Below are positions 27,229 through 36,385 of a DNA stretch of 64,000 nt, piece by piece; within the stretch, counting starts at the first letter, position 1; every line of letters begins with the position of its first letter. This DNA is from an uncultured Gemmatimonadales bacterium (lineage in GTDB: Bacteria > Gemmatimonadota > Gemmatimonadetes > Longimicrobiales > RSA9). The notes below the pieces were generated by a model. That model saw only the letters and a list, made by a program, of their open reading frames with translations. It was not told the origin of the DNA and ran no database searches. A program made the translations under genes and the position numbers. The stretch spans positions 503,612 through 567,611 of the forward strand of contig CAWCRS010000007.1 of assembly GCA_963798085.1 (NCBI GenBank), written 5' to 3'.

Positions 27229-29628
27229 ATGGACACGGCAGCGGATCTGCGATACGGCGTGCGACTCCTGCGACGCAATGCCGGCTGGTCGAGCACGGCA
27301 ACACTGCTGCTCGCCCTGGGCATTGGCGCCACAACGGCGGTGTTCACCGTGGCCAACGCGCTGTTAATCCAGCCGCTGCCCTGGCCCGACCCCGACCGCC
27401 TGCTGTTCGTGCACCAGATCGATCCGAAGCAGCACGACGTTGACAACTTCGCGACGCCCAACTTCCTGGACCTGCAGGCGAGCAGCAGCAGCTTCGCCGC
27501 ACTGACCGCGTACACGGGCTACTGGGATCCGGTGCTCACCGGGAACGGCGACGCGGAGCGCGTGGATGGCGCGCTGGCCTCACCGCAGTTCACGGCTGTG
27601 TTCGCGGTCGCGCCGGCGCTGGGCACAGGATTCTCGGTGCATGCAGATCAGCCTGGCGCGAATGCGGAAGTGCTGGTCAGTGACGGCTTCTGGCGCAGCC
27701 ATCTGAACGCGGATCCCGGCGCGCTGGGCAGAACGCTCGAGCTGAATGGTGCGCCGTTCACCGTGGTGGGCATCATGCCGCGCGGTTTCCATCCGCCGGG
27801 TGAGCTGGACGCACAACTGTGGGGCAATCTTACGCTCAATCCGGCGGGCAACCGCACGGGTCGCAGTCTGCGTGTCATCGGCCGAATGCAGCCGGGCGGC
27901 AGCGAAGCCAGCGCGCGCGCCGAGTTGCACAGCATTGCGGCCACGCTGGAAGCGGCGCACCCCGAGCTGCAGGGTTTCGGCATTTCAGCGATGTCGCTGC
28001 GCAAGTACCTGTTCGGCGGCACGCGCGACGGCCTGATCGCCTTGCTCGGCGCGGCCGGGCTGCTGCTGCTCATCGCGTGCGCGAATCTGTCGAACCTGCT
28101 CATTGCGCGCGGTGCCGCGCGGGCCAGGGAATTCGCCGTGCGCGTGGCGCTGGGCGCCAGCCGCACGCGCATCGTGCGCCAGCTGCTGGCCGAGGCGCTG
28201 CTGCTGGCACTGTGTGGTGGCACCGCCGGCGTGCTGCTGGCCACGTGGAGTACTCGCCTGTTCGTGCTCATGGGCCCCGCGACGCTCCGCATCCGCGAGG
28301 TGGCGGTGGATCCGCGCGTGCTGGCGTTCGCGGCCGTGATGGCGGGCGGCGCCGCGCTGGTCGCGAGTCTGGCGCCGGCGCTGGGCGCGTTGCGCACCGA
28401 TGTGCGCAGTGTACTGGCCGAAGCGACACGCGGCACCACCAGCGGCGGCGGCCTGCGGCTGCGCGCCCTCTCCACCATCTTCCAGGTGGCACTGTCCCTC
28501 GTGCTCATGGCAGCCGCGGGCCTGCTGATCCGCACCTTCGCCGCGTTGCAAACGGTCGACCCGGGCCTCGACCCGCAGAACGTGCTGACGCTGTCGATCC
28601 ATCTCACGCCGGCTTCCTACGCCGCGCCCGCCGCGGCGCGCGCGCGCTACGAGGCGCTGGTGGCGGAGACGGCGGGGCTGCCGGGCGTGGCGTCAGCGGG
28701 GCTGGTAAGCGTGGTGCCCTTCAGCGACGACTACGACCGCACCGGCTTCGCGGCGGCCGGACAGAGCTACGCCACCCCCGCGGACGAGCCCACGGCCGAC
28801 CGCTACGTGGTAACACCTGGTTATCGGGACGCGGCAGGGCTGCGCCTGCTGCGCGGCCGTTTCTTCATGGATGCCGACCGCGCGGCCGCACAGCCGGTGG
28901 TGGTGATCGATGAAGACCTGGCGCGCACGGTATGGCCCGGTGAAGATGCGCTGGGCCGGCAGATCATCATGCCCGCGGACACATTGCTGCGCACCATTGT
29001 GGGCATCGTCGCACCCGTGAAGCAGTACGGTCTCTCGGTCGCGGGCAGAGGCGCACTGTATCTGCCGCTGGGCCAGTACGCGCGCCGCTACGAGAGCCTG
29101 GTGCTGCGCACGACGGGCGGCGATCCATTGGCGCAGGTGGAATCGGTGCGTCGTGTGGTACGCGAGCAGGATCCCGCGCTCGCGGTGTCGGACATCGCCA
29201 CGCTGCGCTCGCTCATGTCGGACGCCGAATCGTCGCGTCGCTTCCTGCTGGCGCTGCTGGGCGCGTTCGCGCTGATCGCGCTGACCACATCGTCCATTGG
29301 CCTGTACGGCGTACTCTCCTTCACGGTGTCGCTGCGGGCGAGGGAGATCGGGGTGCGGCTGGCGCTGGGCGCACGCACCGCGGATGTGCTGCGCATGGTG
29401 CTGGGCGAAGGCCTGGCGCTCGCGGCGTGCGGCGTCGTGCTGGGTGTGGTGGGCGGTGTCGTGGCGGCGCGTACGCTGGCTGCGCAGCTGTACGGTGTGA
29501 GTGCGACCGACGTGCCGACATTCCTGGGCGCGGCCGCACTGCTGCTCATCGTCGCCATCGTGGCGTCTGCCGTGCCGGCGGCGCGGGCCGCGCGCGTGCC
29601 CCCGCTGCGCGCGCTGGGTCAGTCGTAG
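27229..29628 (+). CDS. ADOP-type duplicated FtsX/MacB permease P5 (799 aa)
   Basis: MDTAADLRYGVRLLRRNAGWSSTATLLLALGIGATTAVFTV; two FtsX modules; ends ..ARAARVPPLRALGQS. Confidence 0.9.
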   Translation: MDTAADLRYGVRLLRRNAGWSSTATLLLALGIGATTAVFTVANALLIQPLPWPDPDRLLFVHQIDPKQHDVDNFATPNFLDLQASSSSFAALTAYTGYWDPVLTGNGDAERVDGALASPQFTAVFAVAPALGTGFSVHADQPGANAEVLVSDGFWRSHLNADPGALGRTLELNGAPFTVVGIMPRGFHPPGELDAQLWGNLTLNPAGNRTGRSLRVIGRMQPGGSEASARAELHSIAATLEAAHPELQGFGISAMSLRKYLFGGTRDGLIALLGAAGLLLLIACANLSNLLIARGAARAREFAVRVALGASRTRIVRQLLAEALLLALCGGTAGVLLATWSTRLFVLMGPATLRIREVAVDPRVLAFAAVMAGGAALVASLAPALGALRTDVRSVLAEATRGTTSGGGLRLRALSTIFQVALSLVLMAAAGLLIRTFAALQTVDPGLDPQNVLTLSIHLTPASYAAPAAARARYEALVAETAGLPGVASAGLVSVVPFSDDYDRTGFAAAGQSYATPADEPTADRYVVTPGYRDAAGLRLLRGRFFMDADRAAAQPVVVIDEDLARTVWPGEDALGRQIIMPADTLLRTIVGIVAPVKQYGLSVAGRGALYLPLGQYARRYESLVLRTTGGDPLAQVESVRRVVREQDPALAVSDIATLRSLMSDAESSRRFLLALLGAFALIALTTSSIGLYGVLSFTVSLRAREIGVRLALGARTADVLRMVLGEGLALAACGVVLGVVGGVVAARTLAAQLYGVSATDVPTFLGAAALLLIVAIVASAVPAARAARVPPLRALGQS

Positions 29629-29714
29629 CGCAGCGCGGTCGCGGCCCGTATTCATTGGGCCGGGTCCGGCGAAAACGGGAACCGGCAGGAGCCGGTCGAT
29701 CGGCGGCCCGAGGG

Positions 29715-30455
29715 GTGCCGATCCTGTTCCAGAACCTGCAGCAGGCACTGCCGCGCCCAGGTGTGGCGTTGCTGGTCGCGGCGCTCGCATTGTGCAGCGC
29801 GCTGCTGCTGGGCGCGCTGGCCGGCTGGCTGCGCGTGAGCCGCAAGGTGGCCGCACCCTACACGCGGAAACTCTTCCACATCGGTATCTTCAGCCTTGCG
29901 GCCGGGGTCCAGGTGGCATGGGGCGCCCCGGCCGTGTTCGTGTACGGTGGTGTGGTGGCGATGGTTGTGCTGTTCGCGGTCTGGCGGGGCAATGGCACCG
30001 CGTTGTACGAAGCACTGGCCCGGCCGACGGACGCGCCACACCGCACCCTGTTCGTGGTGGTGCCGTTGCTGACGACGGCGCTCGGCGGCGTGATCGTCAA
30101 TCTGCTGTTTCATCGCGTGGCCTGGATCGGCTACCTGGTCGCGGGCTGGGGCGATGCGCTGGGTGAGCCCGCAGGCACACGCTGGGGGCGCCATCGCTTC
30201 CGTGTGCCCTCGCTCGCGGGTGTGCGCGCGACGCGCAGCCTTGAAGGCAGCACCGCCGTGCTGCTGGGCGGCGCGACGGCGGCGGCCGCAGGACTGCTGG
30301 CAACGGGTCACGCGCTGCCGGGCGCATTGATCACGGCGCTCGCCGCGGGTACCGCCGGCGCCATTGTGGAGGCGGTGAGCACACACGGGCTGGACAATCT
30401 GACCGTACAGGTGGCGGCAGCCGCGGCGGCCTACCTGCTCATAGGCGGGACGTGA
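29715..30455 (+). CDS. polytopic membrane protein, phytol/dolichol-kinase (CTP-transferase-like) family
   Basis: Multiple TM segments, RKLFHIG, GWGDALGEPAGTRWGRHRF...RSLEGSTA. The start is uncertain (GTG 29715 or 29763). The 5' part of ORF 29427-30455 overlaps P5 and is junk. Confidence 0.5.
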   Translation: MPILFQNLQQALPRPGVALLVAALALCSALLLGALAGWLRVSRKVAAPYTRKLFHIGIFSLAAGVQVAWGAPAVFVYGGVVAMVVLFAVWRGNGTALYEALARPTDAPHRTLFVVVPLLTTALGGVIVNLLFHRVAWIGYLVAGWGDALGEPAGTRWGRHRFRVPSLAGVRATRSLEGSTAVLLGGATAAAAGLLATGHALPGALITALAAGTAGAIVEAVSTHGLDNLTVQVAAAAAAYLLIGGT

Positions 30456-30508
30456 GACAACACGGTGCATGCCGCGTCGGTCGTGCGCCGCATTGAGAGG
30501 ATCTGAGA

Positions 30509-31876
30509 ATGGCGTCGGACAAGGTACGCGTCCTGGTTGCTGATGACCAGGCAGATGTGCTCGAGGCGCTGCGCCTCCTGCTGAAGGCGGAAGAATACAC
30601 GGTCGAGACAGTGGCATCGCCGGCGGCCGCGCTGGCCGCCATCGAGGAGCGCGATTTCGATGCGCTGATGATGGACCTCAACTACACGCGCGATACCACG
30701 TCAGGCAAGGAAGGCCTCGACCTGCTGAGCGCAGTGCAGAAGCTGGACGCCTCGCTGCCCGTGCTGGTGATGACGGCTTGGGGCAGCATCCAGAGCGCGG
30801 TGGAAGCCATGCGCAGGGGCGCACGCGATTACATCGAGAAGCCCTGGGATAACGGCCGGTTACTGTCGACGCTGCGCACACACATCGAGCTGGGCCGCGT
30901 GCTGCGCGAGTCGCAGAAGCTGCAGACGGAAAATCAGCTGCTGCGCGGACAGAGCAAGATCGAGATGGTGACGGAATCGCGCGCGATGAAGAGCGTTCTG
31001 AGCATCATCGAACGCGTCGGACCGTCGGAGGCGAACGTCCTGATCACGGGCGAGCACGGCACGGGAAAGGAAGTCGTCGCCCGACTCCTGCACGCATCCT
31101 CGCCCCGCGCCCGCAAGCCGCTGGTCACGGTGAATGCCGGCGGCCTCTCCGAAGGTGTGTTCGAGAGCGAGCTGTTCGGTCACGTGAAGGGCGCGTTCAC
31201 CGATGCCAAGGTGGATCGCGTGGGCTACTTCGAGCTGGCGGACGGCGGCACGCTGCTCCTCGATGAGATTGGCAACATGCCGGCCAAGCAGCAGGCCAAG
31301 CTGCTGCGGGCGCTGCAGAGCGGCGAGTTCCAGCGCGTCGGCTCGAGCAAGACGCGGCGCGCCAATGTGCGCGTGATCTCCGCGACCAACGTCGACATCC
31401 GCCGCGAGCTGACCGATGGCCGCTTCCGCGAAGACCTGCTCTATCGACTGAACACCGTCGAGATCCATCTGCCGCCACTGCGCGACCGGCACGATGACAT
31501 CGCCGTCCTCGCCGGGCACTTCCTGCGCCGTCAGCTGGCGCGCTACAACAAGAAGGTCAGCGGCTTCGACCGCGAAGCCATGCAGGCCATGATGGAGTAC
31601 TCGTGGCCGGGCAACGTGCGCGAGCTGGAACACGCCGTGGAGCGCGCGGTGCTCATGGCCCAGAGCGCGCAGATCAAGGCGGATGATCTCGGGCTGCGCG
31701 GCCGCGTCGACGGCGGCTCGCGCCTCGAGGAAATGACACTGGAAGACGCCGAGCAGTACCTCATCCAGAAGGCGCTCGCGCGCTTCGACAGCAATGTCAG
31801 CCGGGCCGCCGAGGCGCTTGGACTCTCGCGCAGCGCGTTGTATCGGAGGCTTCAGCATTACGGGATTACGGCTTGA
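30509..31876 (+). CDS. sigma54-dependent response regulator (NtrC/NtrX family)
   Basis: REC domain (VLVADDQ...MMDLNY), AAA+ domain with GEHGTGKE and GAFTDA, ...WPGNVRELEH and a C-terminal Fis-type HTH. Confidence 0.9.
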   Translation: MASDKVRVLVADDQADVLEALRLLLKAEEYTVETVASPAAALAAIEERDFDALMMDLNYTRDTTSGKEGLDLLSAVQKLDASLPVLVMTAWGSIQSAVEAMRRGARDYIEKPWDNGRLLSTLRTHIELGRVLRESQKLQTENQLLRGQSKIEMVTESRAMKSVLSIIERVGPSEANVLITGEHGTGKEVVARLLHASSPRARKPLVTVNAGGLSEGVFESELFGHVKGAFTDAKVDRVGYFELADGGTLLLDEIGNMPAKQQAKLLRALQSGEFQRVGSSKTRRANVRVISATNVDIRRELTDGRFREDLLYRLNTVEIHLPPLRDRHDDIAVLAGHFLRRQLARYNKKVSGFDREAMQAMMEYSWPGNVRELEHAVERAVLMAQSAQIKADDLGLRGRVDGGSRLEEMTLEDAEQYLIQKALARFDSNVSRAAEALGLSRSALYRRLQHYGITA

Positions 31877-31883
31877 ACCGTTG

Positions 31884-31913
31884 CTCGGGCAGGGGCTCGG
31901 GCTGGAGCTGGGG
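31884..31913 (+). repeat. G-tract hexamer element, copy 4
   Basis: ctcgggcaggggctcgggctggagctgggg, then aacgg. Begins 7 nt after the regulator stop. Confidence 0.65.
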
Positions 31914-32112
31914 AACGGCCTGTACGGATCGAAGGGCGCTGCCGGGGCAGGTCGGGAAATGCCTCGACGGAACGCGCGGGCGTGGCGCGGGTGAGGTCTC
32001 TGGCCCTGATCGAACCGGGAGGTGGTACCTGAATCCGGGGGCGGGTGTCTGAGGTACAAGAAACGGCTGGGCGGGCGGGGTCACGAATCGCGAAGCGTCG
32101 TTCAAGCAGAAG

Positions 32113-33480
32113 ATGGGCACACAATTCCCGACAACAGAAAGCCGCAAGGCGAGGCCACCGATGGCCTACGAGACGCGCGTGTTGATGTTCGCGCTGCTCG
32201 CGGGGATGCCGGGTGCGGCGCTGTCCGTGATTCTGCTCGTGTGGCACGGTTTCGAGCCCAAGGTCCAGTGGACGTTCGGACTGCTCGTGGTGGGGCTGTG
32301 GCTGGGATTTGCGTTCACGCTGCGCGATCGCGTGGTGCGGCCGCTGCAGACGCTTTCCAACCTGCTGGCCGCGCTGCTCGAGGGGGACTACTCCATCCGT
32401 TCGCGCGGGGCGACGACGCAGGATGCACTGGGTCTCGCGATGCTCGAGGTGAACGCGCTGGGTCAGACACTGCGCGAGCAGCGCCTGGGCGCGCTCGAGG
32501 CCACGGCGCTGCTGCGCAAGGTCATGGACGAAATCGACGTCGCCATTTTCGCGTTCGACGCGGAAGGCAAGCTGCGCGTGGTGAACCACGCGGGCGAGAA
32601 TCTGCTGGGCCAGGCGGCGGAGCGCATGCGCGGCCGCACGGCGAAAGCGCTGGACCTGGAAGAATTCCTCGAAGGCGAGCCGCAGCGCATCTTCGACGGC
32701 GCCTTTGCGGGCGCGACGCGCGGTCGCTGGGAGATCCGGCGTTCGCAGTTCCGGCAGGGCGGATTGCCGCACCAGCTGCTCGTCATTTCCGACGTGAGCC
32801 GCACGCTGCGTGAGGAAGAGCTGGCCGCGTGGCAGCGGCTGATCCGCGTGCTCTCGCACGAAATCAACAACTCGTTAGCACCCATCAAGTCCATTGCCGG
32901 CAGCCTGCGTTCACTGCTGGCGAGACCGGAACGACCGCGCGATGCCGATGAAGATCTGCTGCGCGGTCTCGATGTCATAGCCGGGCGATCCGATGCACTG
33001 TCCCGCTTCATGCAGTCGTACGCCCGCCTGGCGCGCCTGCCCGCGCCCCGCCTGGCGCTGCTGGACGTGGGCACGTGGATCCGCCGCGTCGTCAGTCTGG
33101 AGACACGGCTGCCGGTGGCCGTCGAGAACGGGCCCGCCATCAGCATCAACGCCGATGGCGACCAGCTGGATCAGCTGCTCATCAACCTGGTGCGCAACGC
33201 GGTGGACGCATCCCTCGAGACGGGCGGCGGCGTGCGCGTGGGCTGGCACCGCGACAACGGCCACGTCGATGTGTGGATCCGCGACGAAGGGCCGGGCCTG
33301 GCCGACACGGCCAACCTCTTCGTGCCGTTCTTCACCACCAAGCCCAATGGCAGCGGCATCGGGCTGGCGCTCAGCCGCCAGATCACGGAGGCGCACCGCG
33401 GCTCGCTGACGCTGGAGAATGCGGACAAGCCGCGCGGCTGCGTGGCCCGTCTGCGCCTGCCCGTCAAACCCGCGCCCTGA
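32113..33480 (+). CDS. sensor histidine kinase (2 TM, HAMP, PAS, HisKA, HATPase; NtrY-like)
   Basis: H-box SHEINNSLAPI, N-box LINLVRNAVDA, G1 IRDEGPGL, G2 GSGIGLAL. An alternative start is the ATG at 32161. Confidence 0.85.
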   Translation: MGTQFPTTESRKARPPMAYETRVLMFALLAGMPGAALSVILLVWHGFEPKVQWTFGLLVVGLWLGFAFTLRDRVVRPLQTLSNLLAALLEGDYSIRSRGATTQDALGLAMLEVNALGQTLREQRLGALEATALLRKVMDEIDVAIFAFDAEGKLRVVNHAGENLLGQAAERMRGRTAKALDLEEFLEGEPQRIFDGAFAGATRGRWEIRRSQFRQGGLPHQLLVISDVSRTLREEELAAWQRLIRVLSHEINNSLAPIKSIAGSLRSLLARPERPRDADEDLLRGLDVIAGRSDALSRFMQSYARLARLPAPRLALLDVGTWIRRVVSLETRLPVAVENGPAISINADGDQLDQLLINLVRNAVDASLETGGGVRVGWHRDNGHVDVWIRDEGPGLADTANLFVPFFTTKPNGSGIGLALSRQITEAHRGSLTLENADKPRGCVARLRLPVKPAP

Positions 33481-33519
33481 GCGCGACGCACTGACACACC
33501 ATTATCACGCGAGTGGACC

Positions 33520-34128
33520 ATGGGAAGGGAAGCGCAATGCGCGGCGGAATTCGATGCCTTTCAGGGCGAGGGCAAGGTTCAACTCGAGACCGATGAGCTG
33601 ATCTTCCGCGGCGCGCAGCGTCTGGTCGTGCCGCGCGCCGATATCACGTCCGCCATCGCGCAGGACGGCTGGCTGGAGATTGCGCACGCGGGCGGGCGGG
33701 CGCGCTTCCGCGTGGGCGCCTCCGCCAATCGCTGGGCGCACGACATCCTCCACCCGAAATCGCTGATCGACAAGCTGGATGTGAAGCTGGACATGCACGT
33801 GGCCGTGCTGGGCATCGAGGAGGGCACGTTTCTCGAGCCGCTGCGCGCGCGCGCCGCGAGGGTCGACACACGACTGGGCCGCGGTCCGTACCACCTGATC
33901 TTCATGGTTGCCGACACACCGCGCGCGCTGGAACGGCTGCCGACGCTGCGCTCGCGTCTCGACTCTGCCGGCGGTGTGTGGCTGGTCACGCCGCGCGGTG
34001 TGCCCGCACTTGGCCACGACCCCATCGTGGCCGCGGCCCGTACCGCCGGACTCGTCGATGTCAAAGCCGCGCGCTTTTCCGACACACACACGGCGCTCAA
34101 ACTGGTCATCCCCCTCCGCGACCGCTGA
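33520..34128 (+). CDS. DUF3052-like protein with an N-terminal PH-like extension
   Basis: C-terminal block GGVWLVTPRG...GHDPIVAAARTAGLVDVKAARFSDTHTALKLV matches my recollection of DUF3052. The N-terminal ~75 aa are unassigned. Confidence 0.5.
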   Translation: MGREAQCAAEFDAFQGEGKVQLETDELIFRGAQRLVVPRADITSAIAQDGWLEIAHAGGRARFRVGASANRWAHDILHPKSLIDKLDVKLDMHVAVLGIEEGTFLEPLRARAARVDTRLGRGPYHLIFMVADTPRALERLPTLRSRLDSAGGVWLVTPRGVPALGHDPIVAAARTAGLVDVKAARFSDTHTALKLVIPLRDR

Positions 34129-34212
34129 TTGTCAAACCTCGGCGGCGGCACCGGCATCCTATCCACGAGCCGGCCGTCTCATGAGGCAAAACGGGAGAAG
34201 GTACGACTGAGC

Positions 34213-34737
34213 GTGGGTCCAGGTGCGGACCTGGTGAGTCGCGCCAGGACCGGCGACCGCGATGCTTTCGACGCGCTCTACGCCGAGCACGTCGGGCACG
34301 TCTACGCCGTGTGCCTGCGCATGACCGCGGACCCGGAACGCGCCACACAACTCACGCAGGACGCATTCGTCCTGGCATGGCGGGGATTGCCCGCTTTCCG
34401 CGGCGACAGCGCATTCTCCTCGTGGCTGCACCGGCTCGCCGTGAACGCGGTGCTCGAGGATGCCCGCCGCGAGAAGCGACGGGAAGCGCGCGTCACTTTC
34501 AGCAGCGACTTGAGCGAGAGCGATGCCATCGCGAGCAGTGGCAACGCGGATGCGCGCATGGATCTCGAGCGGGCCATCGCCACGCTGCCCGACGGCGCCC
34601 GACGCGTTCTCGTGCTGTATGACATTGAAGGCTGGCCCCAGGAGCAGATCGCAGACATGCTGGGCGTCGCCGTCGGCACGGTAAAGGCGCAGCTGCACCG
34701 CGCGCGGCGGCTGCTGCGGGAAAGGCTCTCGCGATGA
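34213..34737 (+). CDS. ECF (group IV) sigma-70 factor
   Basis: Region 2 DAFDALYAEHVGHVYAVCLRM..QDAFVLAWRGL; region 4 YDIEGWPQEQIADMLGVAVGTVKAQLHRARRLL. GTG at 34213 with GGGAGAAGG upstream is preferred over TTG at 34129. Confidence 0.8.
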   Translation: MGPGADLVSRARTGDRDAFDALYAEHVGHVYAVCLRMTADPERATQLTQDAFVLAWRGLPAFRGDSAFSSWLHRLAVNAVLEDARREKRREARVTFSSDLSESDAIASSGNADARMDLERAIATLPDGARRVLVLYDIEGWPQEQIADMLGVAVGTVKAQLHRARRLLRERLSR

Positions 34738-35387
34738 GCGAGCACATCGACAACGATCGGCTGCAGGATGCCGTGGACGGACAGCTGGATCCGGCTGCTG
34801 TCGCTGCCATCGAACAGCACACGGCTGTGTGCGACGAATGCCGTTCCGCGTTCGCGTCGCTGCGCCGGCTGCGCGGCGAGCTGCAGTCACTGCCCCGCGC
34901 CATCACGCCGCCACGCGACCTGCGCGCCGGCATCTGGCAGCGTGTCGACCGTGACGACGGGGCCGTGATCCCATTGCGCCCGGCGGGGCGCGTGCCTCCG
35001 CGACGCTGGCTGCTGGCCGCGGCGGCGGTCGCGCTGATGGCGCTGTCTTCCGCCGCCACCTTTGTGGTCATGGAACTGCGGGGCGGTGGCGCCAGCGACC
35101 CGGCCGCCGCCGCGCAGCTCGCGTCCACGCAGGCGCTGGAAGCGCGCTACGTGACGGCCACCAGCGAGCTGGAGAAGGTGGTGCAGGAACAGAGGGCGCA
35201 GCTTTCCCCCACCACCGTGCGGCTGCTCGAGGAAAACCTGCGCATCATTGATCGCGCGCTGGCCGAGGCGAGACAGGCGCTGCAGAGCGATCCCGGCAAC
35301 ACCAGCCTCTCACGCATGCTGCTGGCCGTGTACGAGAAAAAGCTCGACCTGCTGCGCAGCGCCACTCAGGGCAATGCGGGGATCTGA
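34734..35387 (+). CDS. zinc-finger (HxxxCxxC) transmembrane anti-sigma factor
   Basis: HTAVCDECRSAF motif, one TM segment (WLLAAAAVALMALSSAATFVVM), and an ATGA overlap with the sigma gene. Confidence 0.75.
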   Translation: MSEHIDNDRLQDAVDGQLDPAAVAAIEQHTAVCDECRSAFASLRRLRGELQSLPRAITPPRDLRAGIWQRVDRDDGAVIPLRPAGRVPPRRWLLAAAAVALMALSSAATFVVMELRGGGASDPAAAAQLASTQALEARYVTATSELEKVVQEQRAQLSPTTVRLLEENLRIIDRALAEARQALQSDPGNTSLSRMLLAVYEKKLDLLRSATQGNAGI

Positions 35388-35388
35388 A

Positions 35389-36318
35389 ATGCAACGGCAC
35401 ACCAGCCCCGAACCTCGCCGCGCGACGTTGCTGACACGGCTGTCAGCAATGGCGGCTCTGCTCGCACTGGTGCTGTTGCCATTGGCAGCGCGCGCGCAGC
35501 GTACCATCGACCGGCGCTTCGCCGTCCTGCCGACGGTTTCCCTGCGCGTCTACAACCTGGCGGGCTCAGTGAAGATCACGGGCTGGGACCGCGACACGGT
35601 GACCGTCAGCGGCCAGGTGAACGACACGAAGGGCGCCGAATTCTTCATGGGCTTCGGCACCGCGGGTGGCAAGCTGGGCATCTGGTCGGAAACGCCCACC
35701 GACGTGAAACCGTCCAGCCTCGAGCTGCGTGTGCCGAAGGGCGCCCAGGTCTGGGTCAAGACGGCCAGCGCCGACGTCATTGTCACCGATGTCACCGGCG
35801 GCGTCGACATCAATTCCGTCACCGGCCGCATCACGGTACACGGTGCCCCGTCCGAGCTGTACGCCGAAACCATGGGCGGCAATGTGGACGTCGATGCCGC
35901 TACACGCTTTGCCCGCCTGAAGACAGCGAGCGGCGACATCCACGTGCGCGGCGCCATCGAGGACATTACGACGACCACCGTGAGCGGTGCGCTGACCATA
36001 GAAGGCGATCACTTCGTGCGCGGCAGCTTCGAGTCGGTGGATGGCAACATCCGCTACCTCGGTGACGTGGCGAGGGAGAGCGCACTCGAGTTCATCAACC
36101 ACAGTGGCGACGTCGAGTTTCTGCTGCCGGCCGGCACATTGGCAGACTTCTCCATCAGCACGTACTACGGCAGCTTCGACGATCACTACGGCGTGCAGCC
36201 GAAGTACGGGGGCAACAAGCTGAAGGGCAGGGAAATCAGCTTCAGCACGGGCGGTGGCGGCGGTCAGGTCACGGTGCGCAACTTCAAGGGCAAGGTGATC
36301 CTGCGGCGCCGGAGCTGA
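35389..36318 (+). CDS. DUF4097-type beta-strand repeat protein (putative adhesin fold), secreted
   Basis: Signal peptide ..LLPLAARAQ. Repeated V.V.T.SGD/G.I.V strands. Starts 1 nt after the anti-sigma stop. Confidence 0.7.
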   Translation: MQRHTSPEPRRATLLTRLSAMAALLALVLLPLAARAQRTIDRRFAVLPTVSLRVYNLAGSVKITGWDRDTVTVSGQVNDTKGAEFFMGFGTAGGKLGIWSETPTDVKPSSLELRVPKGAQVWVKTASADVIVTDVTGGVDINSVTGRITVHGAPSELYAETMGGNVDVDAATRFARLKTASGDIHVRGAIEDITTTTVSGALTIEGDHFVRGSFESVDGNIRYLGDVARESALEFINHSGDVEFLLPAGTLADFSISTYYGSFDDHYGVQPKYGGNKLKGREISFSTGGGGGQVTVRNFKGKVILRRRS

Positions 36319-36385
36319 CGGCGGCATCGTCGGGTTCGGTGGGATCCACTAACGGCACTGTTTGGGCACCGGCGGCGCCCGCGCC

